64,000 nt of DNA from Octopus sinensis. Its lineage: Eukaryota. A program made the translations under genes and the position numbers. The notes below the pieces were generated by a model that had not been told where the DNA came from, ran no database searches, and saw only the letters and a program-made list of their open reading frames with translations. Location of the stretch: positions 15,066,001-15,130,000 of the forward strand of contig NC_043008.1 of assembly GCF_006345805.1 (NCBI RefSeq). Direction: 5' to 3'. Positions 61,222 through 64,000 of the stretch are shown piece by piece (position 1 is the stretch's first letter; the number at the start of each line of letters is the position of its first letter).

Positions 61222-62700
61222 ATATATTTTCTGTCAAACTTCTCAATTCTAAAATTCGGTTTAATCTCAATGATCTGTAAACCATTTAAATTCAGTCCAT
61301 GACGAAATCGAATCTCAGTTTTATGATCCTAAATAGAAAAGCGATTTCGCAAAATCAGGACAACAGCTGCTAGTTCGAGAAATGAGCCTAAGCGTTGGTG
61401 GGGTGGCTTTTGCAGCGAGTACCACAAGCCATTGTCTGCGGCAACACCTTTGCAATGATGTCCGCTAGGTGCAGCTAAATACGCCATTTGTTCTGGGGCG
61501 TACAACACGTTACTCCCCCACCTCATCGTCTGTTGCTTAATCCCTCCTTTTTTTCTTTGATTCCTTGGTGAGGTACTTATAAAATTTTTCTTCTTAATAA
61601 TTTATCTAACTGGGCAAAAAGAGACGGGGTGTTTTTCGTGTTTGCTTTTAATGGCTAGTCTAGAGGAGAAATGGAAGTGCTTCAACAATTTTCAAGGCCA
61701 CCGATACCAGTGGAAAAAAAGAGCTTATTATCGATCATATGGCAACTTGTCTTGAATAATTGTAAACGGAAAAAAAAACTTTTTCAAAGATATCCAATGT
61801 CGAAGTGGTGCTGATGAACCAGGGGACAAATTACGTCCACCTTCCATGTACTGGAACTATAAATCTGACGAGATTCAGCACAGTTTTTATGTACCAAATT
61901 TTCTTCAGAATTCTTTTGGTTGCATCCAAGCTCTGATAGAACCTCTTACACTAGGTGCCGCGCGGTGGGAACACATACGGCATCATATATCTGAGAAGCG
62001 AAATTCGTGGCCACGCTGCTATGCTTCTGGCTACACAGAATGTTGCTAATCTGGGAAAGTGTAGGTTGTTCTGTGAATGTAATAAGATGCTATAGTAAAA
62101 TTTATTCCGTGTAATAGAAATGAGCGCAGTGACATATCCTTTATAGAGAATGAAATATTACATTCAAGAAATATACCACATAATTGTGCCACAATCACCA
62201 AGTCCTGTTATTTTTTTTATATAACGGTGTATTTCTATTTGGTCATTCCACAGATCCTATGATGAGCAACTTTTTAGGAAGGACAAGCATGATTGATCTA
62301 AAAAAAAAGACTAGAAAACTTTAGATGAGATTAAGGGTTTATGTTTTGTAAACATTGATAAAGTGGCTTCTGTCAGCAAAGACTTTTTCAGTAATTGGAG
62401 CTTTCAGGAAAAAAATCCCTATTACAAATTCCGGAATGTGTCAGGAACCTTCTAATAGTCCGTTTGGATTCATTTCTTACATCATTTGTAAGGAGAGTTA
62501 TTTGATGCATAATTCTTCTTGATGCAAGAAGCCTGTTTTGTGAGCTTTTTAGAAAAAAATAATTTGTTTAAAAGTTTCTTTTTCTACCTGAAAAATATTC
62601 CCTTCGTTACTGATCATAATTCACGATGTAACGGAATATTTTATCTTTTCCTTTTAATACGACAATAAGGTAAGGAATATAATGTCCTTTATCATTGTAG

Positions 62701-62755
62701 GCCATTACGGGCTTGTAAGATTGTCGTGGATGATATACTGCATGAAAATCTACAG
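62701..62755 (+). CDS. Candidate 55-nt internal exon of an unidentified gene
   Basis: tcctttatcattgtag|G...CTACAG|gtaaat; one open frame, PLRACKIVVDDILHENLQ; no homology recognised. Confidence 0.25.
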
Positions 62756-62951
62756 GTAAATGCTGAGAGGAAAAAAAAACAAACATCATGGACAGGAGGA
62801 ACTCGCATAACGACATCGAAAAAGCAGAAGTAATGGTTTAAAACCATGCAGCATATATTAGCCTGAGCCCTAACATTACTCATATATATATAAATATATA
62901 TATATATATAGTATATATATATATATATATTATATATATATATATATATAT

Positions 62952-63210
62952 GGAGGCGCGTGGCATAGTGTTTAGGATGTTAGCATTATGATCGTAACAT
63001 TGTGGCTTCGATTCTTGGACCGTTGACGCGTTGTGTTCTTGAGCAAAACACTTCATTTCACGTTGCTCCAGTCCACTCAGCTGGCAGAAATGAGTAACGC
63101 TGCGATGGACTGGCATCCCGTTCAGCTGGGAAAACATACGCCATAGAAACCGAGAAACCGGGCCCATGAGCCTGGCTAGGCTTTAAAAGGGCGCATTTAT
63201 TTTTATTTTT
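62952..63210 (+). mobile_element. tRNA-derived SINE, family D (CORE-like middle)
   Basis: ggaggcgcgtggcatagtg head, gcttcgattc B-box-like, gtgttcttgagcaaaacacttcatttcacgttgctccagtccactcagctg middle, tail shared with the 31580-31883 element. Confidence 0.85.
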
Positions 63211-63212
63211 CC

Positions 63213-63298
<86 letters not shown>

Positions 63299-63369
63299 CT
63301 ATCTATGTATCTATCTATCTATCTATGTATCTATCTATCTATCTATCCATCTATCTATCCATCTATCAT

Positions 63370-63403
<34 letters not shown>

Positions 63404-63472
63404 CTATCTATCTATCTATCTATCTATCTATGTATCTATCTATCTATCCATCTATCTACTATCTATCTATCC

Positions 63473-63571
<99 letters not shown>

Positions 63572-63572
63572 C
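63213..63572. repeat. (TATC)n then (TA)n microsatellite
   Basis: Long tetranucleotide run ending in (TA)n. Confidence 0.95.
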
Positions 63573-64000
63573 ATGTGTGTGTGGTGAGAGAGAGTTGTGA
63601 GTGTCTGAAGCATTGAGTTGTTGAGATGATAAACGATTCGCCTTGATGAAGGAGGATGAAACTGAAGCTCTATCTGATAGACTGAGTTGAAAGCAAGGAT
63701 TGGTATTGCAATAGACAGAAACCCTCGAGGCAAAGGGCCTCTAATACTGGAAGCGAAAGTAGTTAGGATTTAACCGTGCAGTTTATAAGGAAGAAGTATA
63801 TAAAGAAGGAAAGAAAAGATAAATCAGAGGCTTCATTCAGTGGTATAAGCTTCACAATTTTGAAGAGCAATACTCAAAGTGGCTGTATTTATTGAAGATG
63901 TCTGATCTAGCATTTAAATTGTCCACAGTTTTGATGTGCTTCATTAGTATGAAGATGAATTCAAAGCTAAAGAAAAATGCATGCAATCGTCCATGAAAAA

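Noticed and set aside
61329-61526. GC-richer 65-aa minus-strand ORF
   Set aside because: No recognisable motif or splice signals; the length is within chance expectation.
61700-62050. Possible RTE ORF2 C-terminal remnant (KISNVEVV...RWEHI)
   Set aside because: Only two short, loosely matching motifs in different frames; too weak to list.

Overview
AT-rich, microsatellite-saturated eukaryotic (animal) DNA. The mix of tRNA-derived SINEs and (TA)n/(CA)n/(TATC)n/(GAA)n/(GAT)n arrays looks like a coleoid cephalopod, most likely Octopus; this is recognition from memory, not a database result. I cannot identify any intact host gene. Nearly all supplied ORFs are translations of microsatellites or SINEs. 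There is no CRISPR array, rRNA, intact tRNA or prokaryotic system. The window is a layered mobile-element landscape: (1) at least five tRNA-derived SINE families, one of which repeatedly occurs as head-plus-tandem-body multimers, and several of which swap head, middle and tail modules; (2) decayed autonomous elements: a Penelope-like RT plus GIY-YIG ORF (about 40.4-41.5 kb), an RTE-like RT (about 14.1-14.9 kb), a CR1/L2-type 3' end (59.5-59.7 kb), a Tc1 transposase 5' half and two mariner fragments; (3) a non-autonomous Helitron inserted into one arm of a long foldback element; (4) two short (TA)n-embedded units carrying degenerate minimal hammerhead-ribozyme motifs, and a palindromic insertion with a 15-bp TSD; (5) many inverted repeats able to form dsRNA; (6) a roughly 1.44-kb tandem duplication that is probably an assembly artefact. 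All alignments were done by eye, so coordinates of degenerate elements are approximate.
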